In this document: one piece after another, positions 12,781-25,833 of the stretch
Numbering within the stretch: position 1 is the stretch's first letter
Layout: each line of letters starts with the position of its first letter
Source of the DNA: Macrostomum lignano
Taxonomy: Eukaryota
DNA: 64,000 nucleotides
Assembly (NCBI GenBank): GCA_002269645.1
Contig: NIVC01000140.1
Span: 124,001 to 188,000 of the forward strand
Direction of reading: 5' to 3'
Position numbers and translations under genes: made by a program
The notes under the pieces: model-generated
Database searches by the model: none
The model's input: the letters and a program-made list of their open reading frames with translations, nothing else
Told to the model about the DNA's origin: nothing

Positions 12781-13890
12781 GCTGATTGCAGCAAAGAGCA
12801 CCAGGTTGATTGCAGCAGGGAAAATTCGATAAAGCCCTGTTCTAACAATTGTTTTCTTGTATGCTAGAAAATCTACTAAGTGCTAAATTCAAGAAATAGT
12901 TATACTATGAGTATTTTGATGCTAAAGTTTTTATTCTTGTAATTAATAAATAATTGCATATTCTATTCTTTGCATAAGTGATAGTGCTTTGATTGTATTT
13001 TGCATATGACTATGATTATGTTTTTAATACCCAACTTTTTTATCTATGAAAATTAGTTTATAAGCATCTAGAAATAACATTTAGGGTCTAGTTGTTGCAT
13101 CCCAATTATCTTAAATTATCTTAATGACCTAAAATTATGGCATTTTAACATTTGAATGGAATAAATTTAAGAGTAAAAATTAGGCAAATTTAAAGTATAT
13201 ATACTTTCTTCAAACACTTCATTTGTTGCTGCTTTTCAATTTATTTTCTTATGGAGAAAAAATAGTAATTAAATAATGATTTTGCTATTTTAACCTATTA
13301 TTACAGATTCCATGACTTATAAAAGTTCTATTTTCAAATAATTATTATTCTATTTGATAAATCTCATTTAAGATAAATAAATTTCATTTAAATTTGAAAT
13401 TTGATTTTAACCTTAATTTTGAAAATTGGTCAAGTAATAGAGATTTATAAAAACCTTTATAAATTATAAAGGTTTATATTTTTTGCCAAAAACTTTATCT
13501 CTCTAAATATTTCTGATATAATTTTTTATTTAACAATTTTTTATGTGTTATATGCCATTTTTAGCTTTTTATCTTTCATCTATTGGTTACAATAAATCTA
13601 ATACAACTATAATAGCCTAATTCTTTGTAATAATACCTACAAAACTTAACCTTGGGTCTAAATGTATGCTATAGAAAAAAGTTTTTAGCCATTTTTGCTA
13701 CAGCTAATGCCTTTAATTATTTTTTCTCTTGCAATAGAGATAGTTAAATATCTAAAAAGTTATTTCCAAACTAGTGGCAATAATGCCCCAATATTTAAAT
13801 TAATACAAAAGATTAGTTAGGATTTTAAAAAAGTATTATATACTTTTAATATATAAATCCTCCATCCTCCAATCATCATCATCATCATCA

Positions 13891-16408
13891 TCACAATATA
13901 CTAAATCTCTAAGATTTGTCTGTCTGTCTGACCGGTATTCCAGTCCACAGCCTGAATGCCTGAACCGATTTTTTTCAAACTTGCTTTATTCAATTGCAAA
14001 TTCTTGTGAGACTGTGTGGGTGTAATTGCATTGAAAAATTCGAATGAGAAGTTGGTTAAATATTCGAAAAACGAGTTTTTTTAATGCTATTAATGGGAGG
14101 CTAGAATTTTTAATGCTATTAATGGGAGGCTAGAATTTTTAATGCTATTAATGGGAGGCTAGAAAAGGTCAAAATCTCACTAACTGAATTTCAATTCCAA
14201 TTAAGATTGCGCCACAACTTTTCTCTGTTCACTGTGTACGTGAAGACTCAATAAGGGAGTCAATACTGGCTGCAATAAAGGAGAGGAAAAAAATGCTCAG
14301 TGGCTGCGTGTGTACATTCTGACCCTGGCTGACTGGCGGACTGCATAGACAATTGCTATTAATAGATTTCACTCAACTCTGCATTGGCTCTGCCTGCACA
14401 ACCTGTGCACACTGAGCAGCCTATCACTGCTATGTATTTGACTGCAGTGCCGAAGCATATATGGCTGATTTTTGCGCCCTCCGATCAGTAGGCGGAATAG
14501 CCGCAGTGTAGGCACTAGGACTAGGTTTAGGCTAGGCATAAGGTCCAAGGTTCGAGTCCGCCTCCCCAGTGGTTAATTAAAATTAAATAAATTCATTCAT
14601 TAGTAGCTTCTGCCTCGACTATTTTGAACATTTTTTGATTAATTGTAATTAAATTTTTTTATTAATTACAATAATTTATTTTTGCTACTCGCACAAGCCA
14701 CTAAGCAAATTTGATTTGATTTGTAAAATCCTAAGATCCCATTAATTGTTATTATCTAGGTCTATAGAAGTAGATATTACTAAACTGCAGAGGATTAAAT
14801 TACTAAACTGCAGATGATGCTGCTAAACTGCTGAGGTATTGCTAAATGCTGAGTGGTGCAAGAGATTGCCGATATGTGTCAAAAATCGATTAGTGAGCCA
14901 TAAAATGCTAAGCTAATTTCTACATTGTTGAAAGGATCATTGCAGTAGACGATGCTGCTAAACTGCTGAGGTTATTGCTAAATGCTGAGTTGCGCAAGAC
15001 TGCCAATATGTATCGAAAATTGATTAGTGCGCTGTCGTAAATGCTGAGCAAATTTTTAAATAATTGAAAAGATCATTGCAGTTTGCTGAAAATACTGAGG
15101 GGCCAGCTGAGATAACTGCAGACTGCTGAAGGGATAAATGAGAATTATTAAGGTAACACTTGCTGACTGCAAATGAATTGACTGCAGACTACTGAGGGGA
15201 ACTGCAGATTGTTGAAAGGATCATTGCAGACTGCAAAGGGGACAAACTGCAAACTGCTGACGTTGGTTAGTTTCTCGAGACTTATGAGCGTATAAGCTGC
15301 AAACTGCCGAGTGGATAGCTGCAGACTGCTAGGATAATAATGGCAGACTATGATAATAATGGCAGACTTCTAAGGCGGATATCTAACTGTGAATAATTGT
15401 AGCTTGCAGAAGGGACAATTCTGGGTCCCTGAGGGATAAATGAATAATAATAATAAAAGTTGTAGAGTGCAAATGAGTTGTATGACTGCAGTCTGTTTTG
15501 CGGAATTAGAAGGGATAATTTCAGGTTGTTATGGGGATAACTGCCAATTTCTAGGGAGGGTTTAACTTTAAACTTCTGAGGCGATAATAGTAGTCACCTT
15601 TTAGCAGTTTGGGAGTGGTGCTAATCTGGGGAGCAGTGCTATCTAAGGGAGTGGGGCTAATATAAAGGAGTGGGGGGCTAATCTGGGGGATTGGGGCTAA
15701 TCTGGAGGAAGTAGCGGTGCAAATTTTTGCGGAGTAGTGCAAATCTGGAGAAGTAGTGCTAATCTGGGAAGGTGAAACTATCTGGGAAGCGGCGGTAATC
15801 TGTGGAGCGGTGCTAATCTGGGCTGAGTGCTAATTTGGACTAAGTGCTAATCTAGGCTGAGTGCTAATCTAGGCTGAGTGCTAATCTGGGCTGAGTGCTA
15901 ATCTGGGCGCAATGCTAATCTGGGCTGAGTGCTAATCTAGGCTGAGTGCTAATCTGGGCTGAGTGCTAATCTAGGCTGAGTGCTAATCTGGGCTGAGTGC
16001 TAATCTGGGCTGAGTGCTAATCTGGGCTGAGTGCTAATCTGGGCGCAGTGCTAATCTGGGTGTAGTGCTAATCTGGGTGTAGTGCTAATCTGGGGGAAGT
16101 GGGGCTAATCTGGGGGTGTGCAGCTAATATGGGAGAATAGCGCTAATCTGGTGAGGATTTGAATATAACAAATAATCATAAAAGAACTATAAATGAATTG
16201 ACATTGCAAAGTTTCAAACATTAAGAAATGTAACTTTTTTAGAACTTTTTAGTTTTAGTCTCAGTAAAATTGGTGTACAACTGCTTAGAGATTTGCTACT
16301 GCAGAACTTCTCGGAGATTAGTGAGATTTGCTCAGCGACTATGCAAAACTGCTTATAGACAAGCGCTAAACTGCTAAGAAGCCACCCGGAGGGGGGCTAA
16401 ATGGCTAG
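13891..16408 (+). mobile_element. Non-autonomous Helitron-like unit 1
   Basis: 5' end A|TCACAATATACTAAA followed by (tgtc)n and gaaccgattttt..aaact. 3' GC-rich hairpin near 16380-16398 then CTAG at 16405-16408. Internal minisatellites; no RepHel ORF. Confidence 0.6.
15740..16150. repeat. 17-bp minisatellite (gtgctaatctgggctga)
   Basis: Tandem copies inside Helitron-like unit 1. Confidence 0.85.
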
Positions 16409-19400
16409 TCCAATATACTAAAAATCAAAACTATGTACCTACCTATCTATATATCTATAGGAACCTTCGTTTAACTTGACTGTGTGGTCCAAATTTTGTG
16501 GGGTTTTCTGCATTCGATGTGTATTGATGGTGCGCTGGTACACAACATTTTGCTAAGAAATTGCTTCATTTTTTCGGGATTAAATATTCGAAAAACTCGA
16601 TTTTTGCCCCGTTTTTTAAAGTTCAAACAGTTCTTTCCAATTGAGAAGCATTCTGACTGCCAATGGAATTGTATTGCATCATAACTCAGTGCCAACTATA
16701 GCATTGGTTCTCTACACTGGCATGGACAGCTACAAGTGTTGAAAGGTTGCGCAAAACATTTTAGTTATTGAAATTGAGGGGCGGGAGTTGCTATTCAATT
16801 AGTCCTGGGCATTGGTTTGGTTGTTAATTTTAATGCACCAACTTGCAGGCCTCTCACTGTAGCTGGCGCTAAATGTACACCTTTATGAATTTGACTGCTT
16901 TAAAGCAGGAATATCCAATCATTGTTTGTGCTTCAAGTTTTTCACTTTTAGAAGAGAGCCTTGTATTGCTGGAAAGAGCTTAAAACGCTGAGTTCGGGAA
17001 TATAATTTGTTTGCTGAGATTCAAAAAATTAAAAGCACAGCTTTAAAAAGAAGATTTCTATGCATTTTACTATATATACTCATTGTACGCTCTCCAATAA
17101 TGCAAACCCCTACTTTATCGCAACTCCACAATTCAAGCCAGCGCCATTGGATTTCAATTTAGATTGCGTAACTACATTGTTGACTTTAATTGTTGACTTC
17201 ATTAATTGAAACTGATATTGACTACCTGAGAAATTGATTATGTCATAACTTGCTTCAAGTGATTTCTACTCTATGCTTGGAGTTTTCAGTGTTGAATTAC
17301 GAGCGTATATAAGTGCTACAATTCATGTTATCAAAACGATGAGACCTAGCCTAGAGGTGAACACACTGAACTGCTAATGCAGCGAAATGGGTTCGAATTT
17401 TTAGTGTGTAAAATTTTTTTATTAACAATTTTAATTTCAAGACAGGTAAAGGAAACTTAAAAAAAACGTCAGGTAAATCAGGTAAAAGAGAAGAAGCTAC
17501 GAGCATTCATGTAGTGTATTAAATTTTTTTATTAAACTTTAAATTTTGATAAGGATTATTGCACTAGATAAGAAATTAATTATTGTACTAGCTGAGGAAA
17601 TTGTTTTACTATCTTGCTTGGGGTACTTTCTATCAGGGGATGCTTGCTATTGGCTGATGCTTGCTCGGGGGAGATTGCTAAGATGTCAAGACTCACTGGG
17701 GAATCACTGAGATATAAATGCTTATAGGGGGAATTACTGAGATGTCAAGGCATGGGGGGAATCGCTGAGATGTCAAGACTTAATGGGGGAATTACTGAGA
17801 TATAAAGGCTTACTAAGGGAATTACTGATATGCCAAGGCTTAAGAGAGAATTGCTGAGATGTCAAGGCGTAGGGGGAATTGCTGAGATGTCAAGACTTTG
17901 ACTTACTGGGGAATTATTCAGATATGCAGGCTTACTGGGGGAATTACTGAGATGCCAAGGCTTAGGAGGAAATCGCTGAGATTTCAAGGCGTGGCGAGAA
18001 TTTCTGAGATGTCAAGTTGTGGGGGGAATCGCTGAGATGTCAGGGCTTTGGACGGGGAGAAATTGCTAAGGTGTGAAGACTTACTGGGGGAATCACTGAG
18101 ATATAATAAAGGCTTATAGGGGGAATTGCTAAGATGTCAAGTCTTAAGGGGGAATTTATGAGACGTCAAGTATTGGGCGGGAATTCCTGAAATTTCAACT
18201 TTTGAGAGTGAATTGCTGAGATGTCAAAGCTTAAGAGAGAATTACTGAGGTGTCAAGGCTCATTGGGGATTGGGGATTCTTTCCATGAGGGCTGCTTTTA
18301 ATGGATATCTTTAGATAGGCGATTCATTGCTAAATTCCTTTGATGGGGGATTCTTTAGATGAAGGATTCTTTCGATAAAGGGATCCTTTGGATATGGGAT
18401 TATTTGGACGAGGATTCTTTAGATGAGGGGATTCTTTGGCGTAGGATTCTATTGATGGGGGATTATTTGGATGGGAGATTCTTTGGATTCTTTTGATGGG
18501 GATTCTGTGGATAGGGATTTTTGGATGGGTATTATTTGGAGTCAGAATCTTTGGATTATTTGGACGGGGTTCTTTAGATGAGGGGACTCTTTGGCCAATG
18601 ATTCTTTTGATGGAGGTTTATTTGGATGAGAGAATATTTGCATTATTTTGATCGGGATTCTGTGGATGGGGATTATTTGGATTGGGATTCTTTAGGGGGG
18701 ATTTTTTGGATATGGATGGAGGTCGGGGATTCTTTGGATAGGGATGGATGGGGAGATTCTTTGGATAGGGATGTATAGGCCAGGGGATTCTTTGGATAGG
18801 GGATTCTGTCGATGGGGGATTCCTTAAATAGGGGATTCATTGGATGGGGAATTCTTTGGATTGGGATTCTATCGGAGGGGGTTCTTTGAAAGGGGGATCA
18901 TTTAGATGAAGGATTCTTTAGATAAGGGTTATTTTCACGGGGGTTCTTCAGATGAAGGAATTCTTTGGCCAAGAATTCTATTGATTTGGGGATTATTTGG
19001 ATGGGAGATTCTTTGGATTCTTTGGATGGGGATTATTTCGACGGGGTTCTGTTGATGAGGGAATTATTTGGCCAATTTTTTTTTGATGGGGGATTATTTT
19101 GATGGGAGATCTAAGAATTATTTGGATGGGGATGGGGATGGGGATTATGATGTAAATTATTTGGATGGGGATTCTTTGGCGGGAGATTCATTGGATATGA
19201 ATGGATGGGGGATTCTTTAGATAGGAATGGATGGGGAAATTTTTTTGATAGGGATAGATGGGGGATTCTTTGGATAGGGATGGATGGAGGATTCTTTGGA
19301 TGGGGATTCTGTAGATGAGGGATTCTTTAGATGGGGATTCTTCAAATACGGGGCTTCTGTAGATGGGGGATTTCTTGAGTAAGGGATTCATTGGATGGGG

Positions 19401-19582
19401 AATTCTTCAGATGAGAGGATTCTTGAATGGGGAATTCTTCGGATCAATGATTCTATCCATGGGGGTTCTTGGGATGGGGGATTCCTTGCATGTGAGATTC
19501 TTTGCATTGGGGATTTTGTGGATGGGGAAAACTGTAGTTGGAGTTTGGACAGAAAGCCCCAACGGGGGTTGGAATTAGCTAG
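16409..19582 (+). mobile_element. Non-autonomous Helitron-like unit 2
   Basis: Begins TCCAATATACTAAAAAT immediately after the CTAG of unit 1. Ends with hairpin gcccc-aac-ggggt (19556-19569) and CTAG at 19579-19582. Confidence 0.65.
17680..19530. repeat. Degenerate minisatellite arrays (ctgagatgtcaaggc...-type, then ggatgggggattcttt-type)
   Basis: Diverged tandem copies inside Helitron-like unit 2. Confidence 0.8.
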
Positions 19583-20179
19583 TCCAATATACTAAAAATG
19601 AGTTGTCTGTGTATATGTATGTGTAAGATAGATTTCAGAAAAACGGCTTAACCGATTTTCTTCAAACTTGCACCATTTGATCAGAAATTTTTCTGGGACA
19701 GTACATGCATCTTGGCTAAAAAATTGCTCAATTTTAAAGGGATTAAATATTCAAAAACATGCTTTTTTGCAAAGGTCAAGCAAAATTTTCAACTTGAAAT
19801 GCATTGTAAAAATGCTAGAGAAAAACCTGACTGGCTGAATTCCGATTATGATAAAGATTGCATCACAACAAGTTGAAAACAGTGCCGAAGAAATGCACAC
19901 ACAACTTGATTTAAATTGCGTAACCATATTGCTAACTTAAATTGAGACTAATACTGGCTGACTGAGAAATTGATTATGTCATAACTTTTTACTTCAATTG
20001 ACTTGCTGTAAGAATTGAATTATAAGGGCCACAATTCATGTTCTCCAATTGAAAAGAGATAGCCAAGATGCGAACAGACTGGAATGCTAATGTAGCGACC
20101 TGGGTTTGAATCTTAGTAGTGCAAAAAGATTTTTTTTATTAAAACACCTTAAAAACATAAAAGAAGCGCAATATCAAAC

Positions 20180-21120
20180 ATAGAAGAGCCACCATGTCGA
20201 ACATTAAAGAGCCACCATATTGAATATAAAAGAGTTACCATGTCAAACATCAAAGAGCCACCATGCCAAACATAAAAGAAGCACCATGTCAAACATATAC
20301 GTGACTCCATGTCAAAGATTAAAAAGCCACCATGTCAAACATTTAAGAGCCACCATGTCAAACATTTAAGAGCCACCATGTCAAACATATATGTGACTTT
20401 ATGTCAAACACTAAAGAGCCACCATTGTGAACATTAAAGAGCCACCATGTCGAACATTAAAGAGCCACCATGTCAAACATAAAAAGGTATACCATGAAGA
20501 ACATTGAAGAGCCACCATGTCAAACTTTAAAGAGTCACCATTTTGAACATTAAAGAGCTACCATTTTGAACATTAAAGAGCCACCATGTCGAACAGTAAA
20601 AAGCCACCATGTCAAACATTGAAGAGCCACCATGTCAAACATTAAAGAGCCACCATGTCAAACATAGAAGAGCCACCATGTCAAACATTGAAGAGCCACC
20701 ATGTCAAACATTAAATAGCCACTTTGTAGAACATTAAAGAGCCGCCGTGTCAAACATAAAAGAGCCACCAGGTTAAACATTAAAGAGCCACCATGTCAAA
20801 CAATAAAGAGCCACCATGTCAAACATAGAAGAGCCACCATGTAAAGCATAGAAGAGCCACCATGTCAAACATAAAAGAGCTATACCATGAAGAACATTAA
20901 AGAGCCACTTTGTCGAACATTAAAGAGCCACCATTTTGAACATTAAAGAGCCACCATGTCTAACATAAAAGAACCACCATGTTAAACATTAAAGAGCCAC
21001 AATGTCAAACAATAAAGAGCCACCATGTCAAACATAGAAGAGCCACCATGTCAAACATAGAAGAGCCACCATGTCAAACATAGAAGAGCCACCATGTCAG
21101 ACATTGAAAAGCCACCGTAT
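20180..21120. repeat. 23-bp minisatellite (aaacattaaagagccaccatgtc)
   Basis: About 40 diverged tandem copies inside unit 3. Confidence 0.88.
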
Positions 21121-21214
21121 CAAACATAAAAGATACACAATTTCAAACATAAAAGTAAGCGAATTTTAAAGGAGCCACTATAATGCTAAGGAAATTGTCA
21201 CACTAGCTACTTAT

Positions 21215-21545
21215 TGTCTGGTGGATGCTTGCTATTTGGGGATGCTATCTATCTGGGGGATGCTTGCTCTCTGGGGGGTGCTTGCTATCTAGGGGATGCT
21301 TGCTATCTGGGGGATGCTTGCTCTCTAGGGGATGCTTGCTATCTAGGGGGTGCTTGCTATCTGGGGGATGCTTGCTATCTGGGGGATGCTTGCTATTTGG
21401 GGATGCTATCTATCTGGGGGATGCTTGCTATCTGGGGGATGCTTGCTATCTGGGAGATGCTTGCTATCTGGGGCATGCTTGCTATCCGGGGGATGCTTGC
21501 AATCTAGGAGATGCTTGCTATCTGGGGGATGCTTGCTGTCTTGGG
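21215..21545. repeat. 18-bp minisatellite (gggggatgcttgctatct)
   Basis: Tandem copies near the 3' end of unit 3; a related motif occurs at ~17635-17670 in unit 2. Confidence 0.88.
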
Positions 21546-22813
21546 ATGATTTCTTTTTGCATTGCACTTCATTTGAGTATTTTGTCTGTTTTGTAAAGGC
21601 TTTATTTGGCGATCTTTTTGTTACTTGTAGAGAGCAGAGATTCTATACAGATGCCCCCTAATGGGGGCAAAGATTGCTAGTATATATTAAAAGTATATTA
21701 AAATAATATTAAAATATTATTAAAATATTAAAATAATAAGAAACAATATAGAATAAATTAAAAAAGTATATTAAATATATTTAAGTATTTTATTAATTTT
21801 TCTTTTTCTTATTATAGTTTTTTCTATATGATTGCATTACAAAGTAATTTATTAAAAAAACTTTTTATTATTCAAGTTTGCTGTTTGCATATATATTAGC
21901 AAGATATAAGACTCTTACTAAAGTCTTTACTATTATAATAATCAATTTTTTTTCTAAAAAATAAAAAAAAATTCTAAATACCAGATTGATAATAATAACA
22001 TATAGGTTGGTAAACTTTTTAATTAAAGACCAAAAAGAGGATGACTCTTTATTTAATGATTGTCCACTAGAAAAAAAAGAATATTTAGGCATAGGCATAT
22101 AATAGAACAACATTTATATTTGTTAAAGCAAAGAGAATATATTGGCAATCTTTAGTTTAAAAACCATATACTAAGTTTAACTTTGTATAAAAAGGCAAAA
22201 AGCTATTGTTAAATTTAAATTTTAATAACAAAATGGAGTATTAAAATGCTAATATAAACTTGTTTTAATTGCATATTAACTAACAACATATCCTTAGTCC
22301 CCCCCTCCTAAATTATTCTTTTCTCAATGCTTAGTGATCAGTCTAATGAATTGATATCAGCCCTAGCCCTATTCTCTTCTTATTCTCATGGACATGAAGC
22401 AATATGGACATTACCCAAAGGCAATCAGTGTATATTATATATAGTAATAATCACAGTGTATTCTGTGGTAATAATCCTTTTTAATTGCTATAAAAATAAG
22501 CAAAGAAACATTTTTTTTAATTAAAAAAGATCATCCAAGAGATCCAACCAATCCAGATCGAATTACACAAGCACAACCCAAATTAATATTCCAAAAAGAA
22601 AATTACTGAATAGCTTAAATTGAAAAGCATTGCCATAAGATCCAAAAATTTATAACTATGATTCTCTTATTTCAAATTTTATATTTATACCGGTAGTTTC
22701 TGTAGGTAGTGCTCCATAGGTATAGTAGTATTGCACAATTTCATTCTTATACACAAAAAGTCATAAGACATAATTTATATTTTTGCCAATTTGGCAATTT
22801 GGGTGAACTCTAT

Positions 22814-23073
22814 GGGCCTTTTCATATTGCTTGCTCTGGTTCCAGAACCAGAACCAATTTGTGAAGTATAACTTTTTGTCTCCATAACTAGAGGGAGATA
22901 CGTGCTATAAAGTTTTTATTATTGAATGACAATCGCCAAGAAGAAAGTGAAAAATTGTGCTAAGTTAGGTTGTTAAGGCAGTCAAATATTAACAGAGTTT
23001 AATAGTTATACTGCTGTTTTTCTTGGAATTCCGAACCGATTCTGGTTCTGGAATTGGTAATATGAAAAGGCCC
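22814..23073. mobile_element. 260-bp MITE, PIF/Harbinger-like
   Basis: Perfect 15-bp TIRs gggccttttcatatt (22814-22828) and aatatgaaaaggccc (23059-23073), subterminal ttccagaaccagaa inverted motifs, and a 3-bp TAT duplication on both flanks. Confidence 0.75.
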
Positions 23074-23189
23074 TATGGTTCCATTCGTTAAACTCAAATT
23101 CGCGCTAAAACGTAAGTACGAGCTAAAATACCAAAAACGAAGCTAGCCAGCGTGAAAGTGTCTATGGTAAAAAAAGTTACAAAAGCTTT

Positions 23190-23655
23190 GGTATAAAGCT
23201 TTATATAAATGTATAAAGCTTTACATTTATATAAAGCTGTATAAAGCTGTATAAAGCTGTATAAGCTCTGTAAAAGCTGTATAAGCTGTATAAAGCTGTA
23301 TAAAGCTGTATAAAGCTGTATGAAGCTGTATGAAGCTGTATAAAGCTGTATAAGCTGTATAAAGCTGTATAAGCTGGATAAGCTGTAAAAGCTGTATAAG
23401 CTGTATAAAGCTGTATAAAGCTGTATAAAGCTGTATAAGCTGTATAAGGCTGTATAAGCTGTAAAAGCTGTATAAAACTGTATAAAGCTGCATAAAGCTG
23501 TATAAAGCTGTATAAAGCTGTATGAAGCTGTATAAAGCTGTATAAGCTGTATAAGCTGTAAAAGCTGTATAAGCTGTATAAAGCTGTATAAAGCTGTATA
23601 AAGCTGTATAAAGCTGTATAAAGCTGTATAAAGCTGTATAAAGCTGTATAAAGAA
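23190..23655. repeat. 9-10-bp minisatellite (tataaagctg)
   Basis: Directly visible tandem copies. Confidence 0.92.
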
Positions 23656-23879
23656 AAAAATCAGAAAAAAATCATAAGTTTGTAAAAGTCATGAAGTTAA
23701 TATTCGTAAAGTTTATCACTTTACTAATGGACCACGAGTTTATACTTATGTGCATGCCAATTTCGCCAACTGCTGTATTGCCAAGCTAGCTACGCCAATC
23801 TTACCCGAGAAGACTGCTACAAACATTTGTATGCCAAATATAAGCCAAGGATTACGCCAAGGATAGGCTTTAGCAGCAT

Positions 23880-24725
23880 ACACCAAGAGTCACAGGTAGT
23901 GATTTCTTCCAAGCCTTGACATTGTAGCAATTTTCCCAAATTAATCTTGTGTTCGACATGACGCTTCTAGATCTTTTGTCTGAGATGACGCTCCTTAATT
24001 TTATGCTTTGCATGACTTTTCTTTCTGACTCGACACTTCTTCTATTTTTTAAATGACGCTTCTAATTCTATCAGAGCCGCCCGTTCATGGGGAGGGAGCC
24101 AACAATTAGGCATGTAATAAAATTTTCAATAGCCACATGCTTCCGACCGCAGCAATCCGTTAGCAATTCCCCCCACGCCTTGACATCTCAGCAATTCCAC
24201 GCGTAAGCATTGACATCTCAGCCATTCCTCCAAGCCTTGACATCTCAGCAATTCTCCCAGGCTATATATGACAATTCTTTTTTGACATGTTTGATATGAC
24301 ATGCTACCTTCATTTCTGACATGATGCTTCTTTAATGCGTACATGACACTTCTTTTATTTTTTACATGACACTTTTATTATGTTTACATAACGCTTCTTT
24401 CCTTTCCTACTATGACGCTTTAACATCTTGAATGACGCTTTTTTAATGTTTTATATGACGCTTCTTCTTGGTCTACATGATGTTTTTTTTATTTTTTACA
24501 TGACGCTTCTTTTATGCCTTTATACATAACGCTTCTTTCATGTCTGACATGACACATCTGTTAGGTCTACATATGGCGCTTCTTTTATGTCTTGCATGAC
24601 GCTGTTATGTTTTTGCATACGCGCTTCTTTCATGTCTGACATAACACTTCTTTTAGGTCTAAATGACGCTTCTTCTATGTCAACATGACGCTTCTATTTT
24701 TTTATAACGCTTCTTCTATTTTTTA
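23880..24725 (-). mobile_element. Inverted partial copy of the Helitron-like family internal satellites
   Basis: ccttgacatctcagcaatt is the reverse complement of the 17680-18260 unit; catgacgcttcttttatg resembles the reverse complement of the 20180-21120 unit. Termini were not resolved. Confidence 0.4.
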
Positions 24726-25833
24726 GCCTTTTAGCCTATTTTTTCTACCGGTAGTATATAGTGCATGCACTTTGCATGCTTTATATTGCATGTCAGCTGA
24801 GCTGGATTAAAACAATTCGGAGCGAAACTGGCGAGGCTATATGGGGAGGCAATCAATCAAATTTACTTTGTTAAGAAGGTTATCTTAACGAACAGCCGTC
24901 TCCCAGCTCCAATCGATGCCTACTAGCTCTGTGCGCCTACGCAGTCGCAAGATCTTTGAAAATTCAAGTTTCTATGTCAGTGATGTACTAGATTTCATAA
25001 AACTCTTAATATCGCCATGTATCCTTTTCTCCTACTTCCAGTAGTTCTTGCGAGTTTTAATTCTCTCTGTTTGCTCTTCCTTGAAAAGTAGAGCAGCTCA
25101 AATTGACTTGTGACCGATTGTTAGAGCAGGAAAACTCCGGCCCGTGGGCTACGAGCTATATGCGGCCCGCGAAGCCTCTCTATCCGGTCCTCGGGGTCCT
25201 TATAATTTGAAAATTCACCATGGCAATCCGGCTTGCTCAAGGTTTGTGTCTCTTCTCAGCACTATTCTCTCTCTTCGTTTCTCGTTTCTCCTATCTCTCA
25301 TCTCTCCTCTCTTCTCTATTCTCTCTCCTCTCCCCTCCTCTGGCTCGCAGTCATGCGCTAGGTTCTCAATCTGAGGTAAAAAAATTGCCGACTCCCGGTT
25401 TAGAGTCTGCAGCTACTCACCAGCTAAAGGCTGAGTGGAGCTGCAGCATTTTTGAAGCCGTATCTGCATTAGCAAATTATTATTGCCCCCCGTGGCCATC
25501 TGCAGTGGTGAGCTGCGTTTATGAAACTTAATGATGGGGTAAGGAATTGACAGCATCACCGTATTGAAACAGTGCTGGGGAATGCCATTGCTCGCAGATA
25601 AAATTGATGAGTCAAAGTCACTTACTGGGAGTTATGCAAATGGCCTGAGGGACTCAGGCTCATCCTGCTAGTATATTATCAGTTCCTCTGCATTTTTCCA
25701 CTGTCAACAGGAGAGCTAAAGCAGCAGCAGAAGTAGCCAGCCAGCTCTAAGCAGCAGCAGAAGTAGCCAGCCAGCTCTAAGCAGCGGCCTGAGTAGTGAG
25801 CAACACAGCAACTACGGAAGCAACAGCAGCAGC

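Larger units (their letters stand above)
19583..21680 (+). mobile_element. Non-autonomous Helitron-like unit 3
   Basis: Begins TCCAATATACTAAAAAT after the CTAG of unit 2. Ends with the perfect hairpin tgccccc-taat-gggggca (21652-21669) and CTAG at 21677-21680, followed by T. Confidence 0.65.

Noticed and set aside
14491-14562. Functional tRNA gene
   Set aside because: A and B boxes and a ggcgga/tccgcc complement are present, but the T-arm and anticodon arm do not pair into a cloverleaf; kept only as a degenerate cassette
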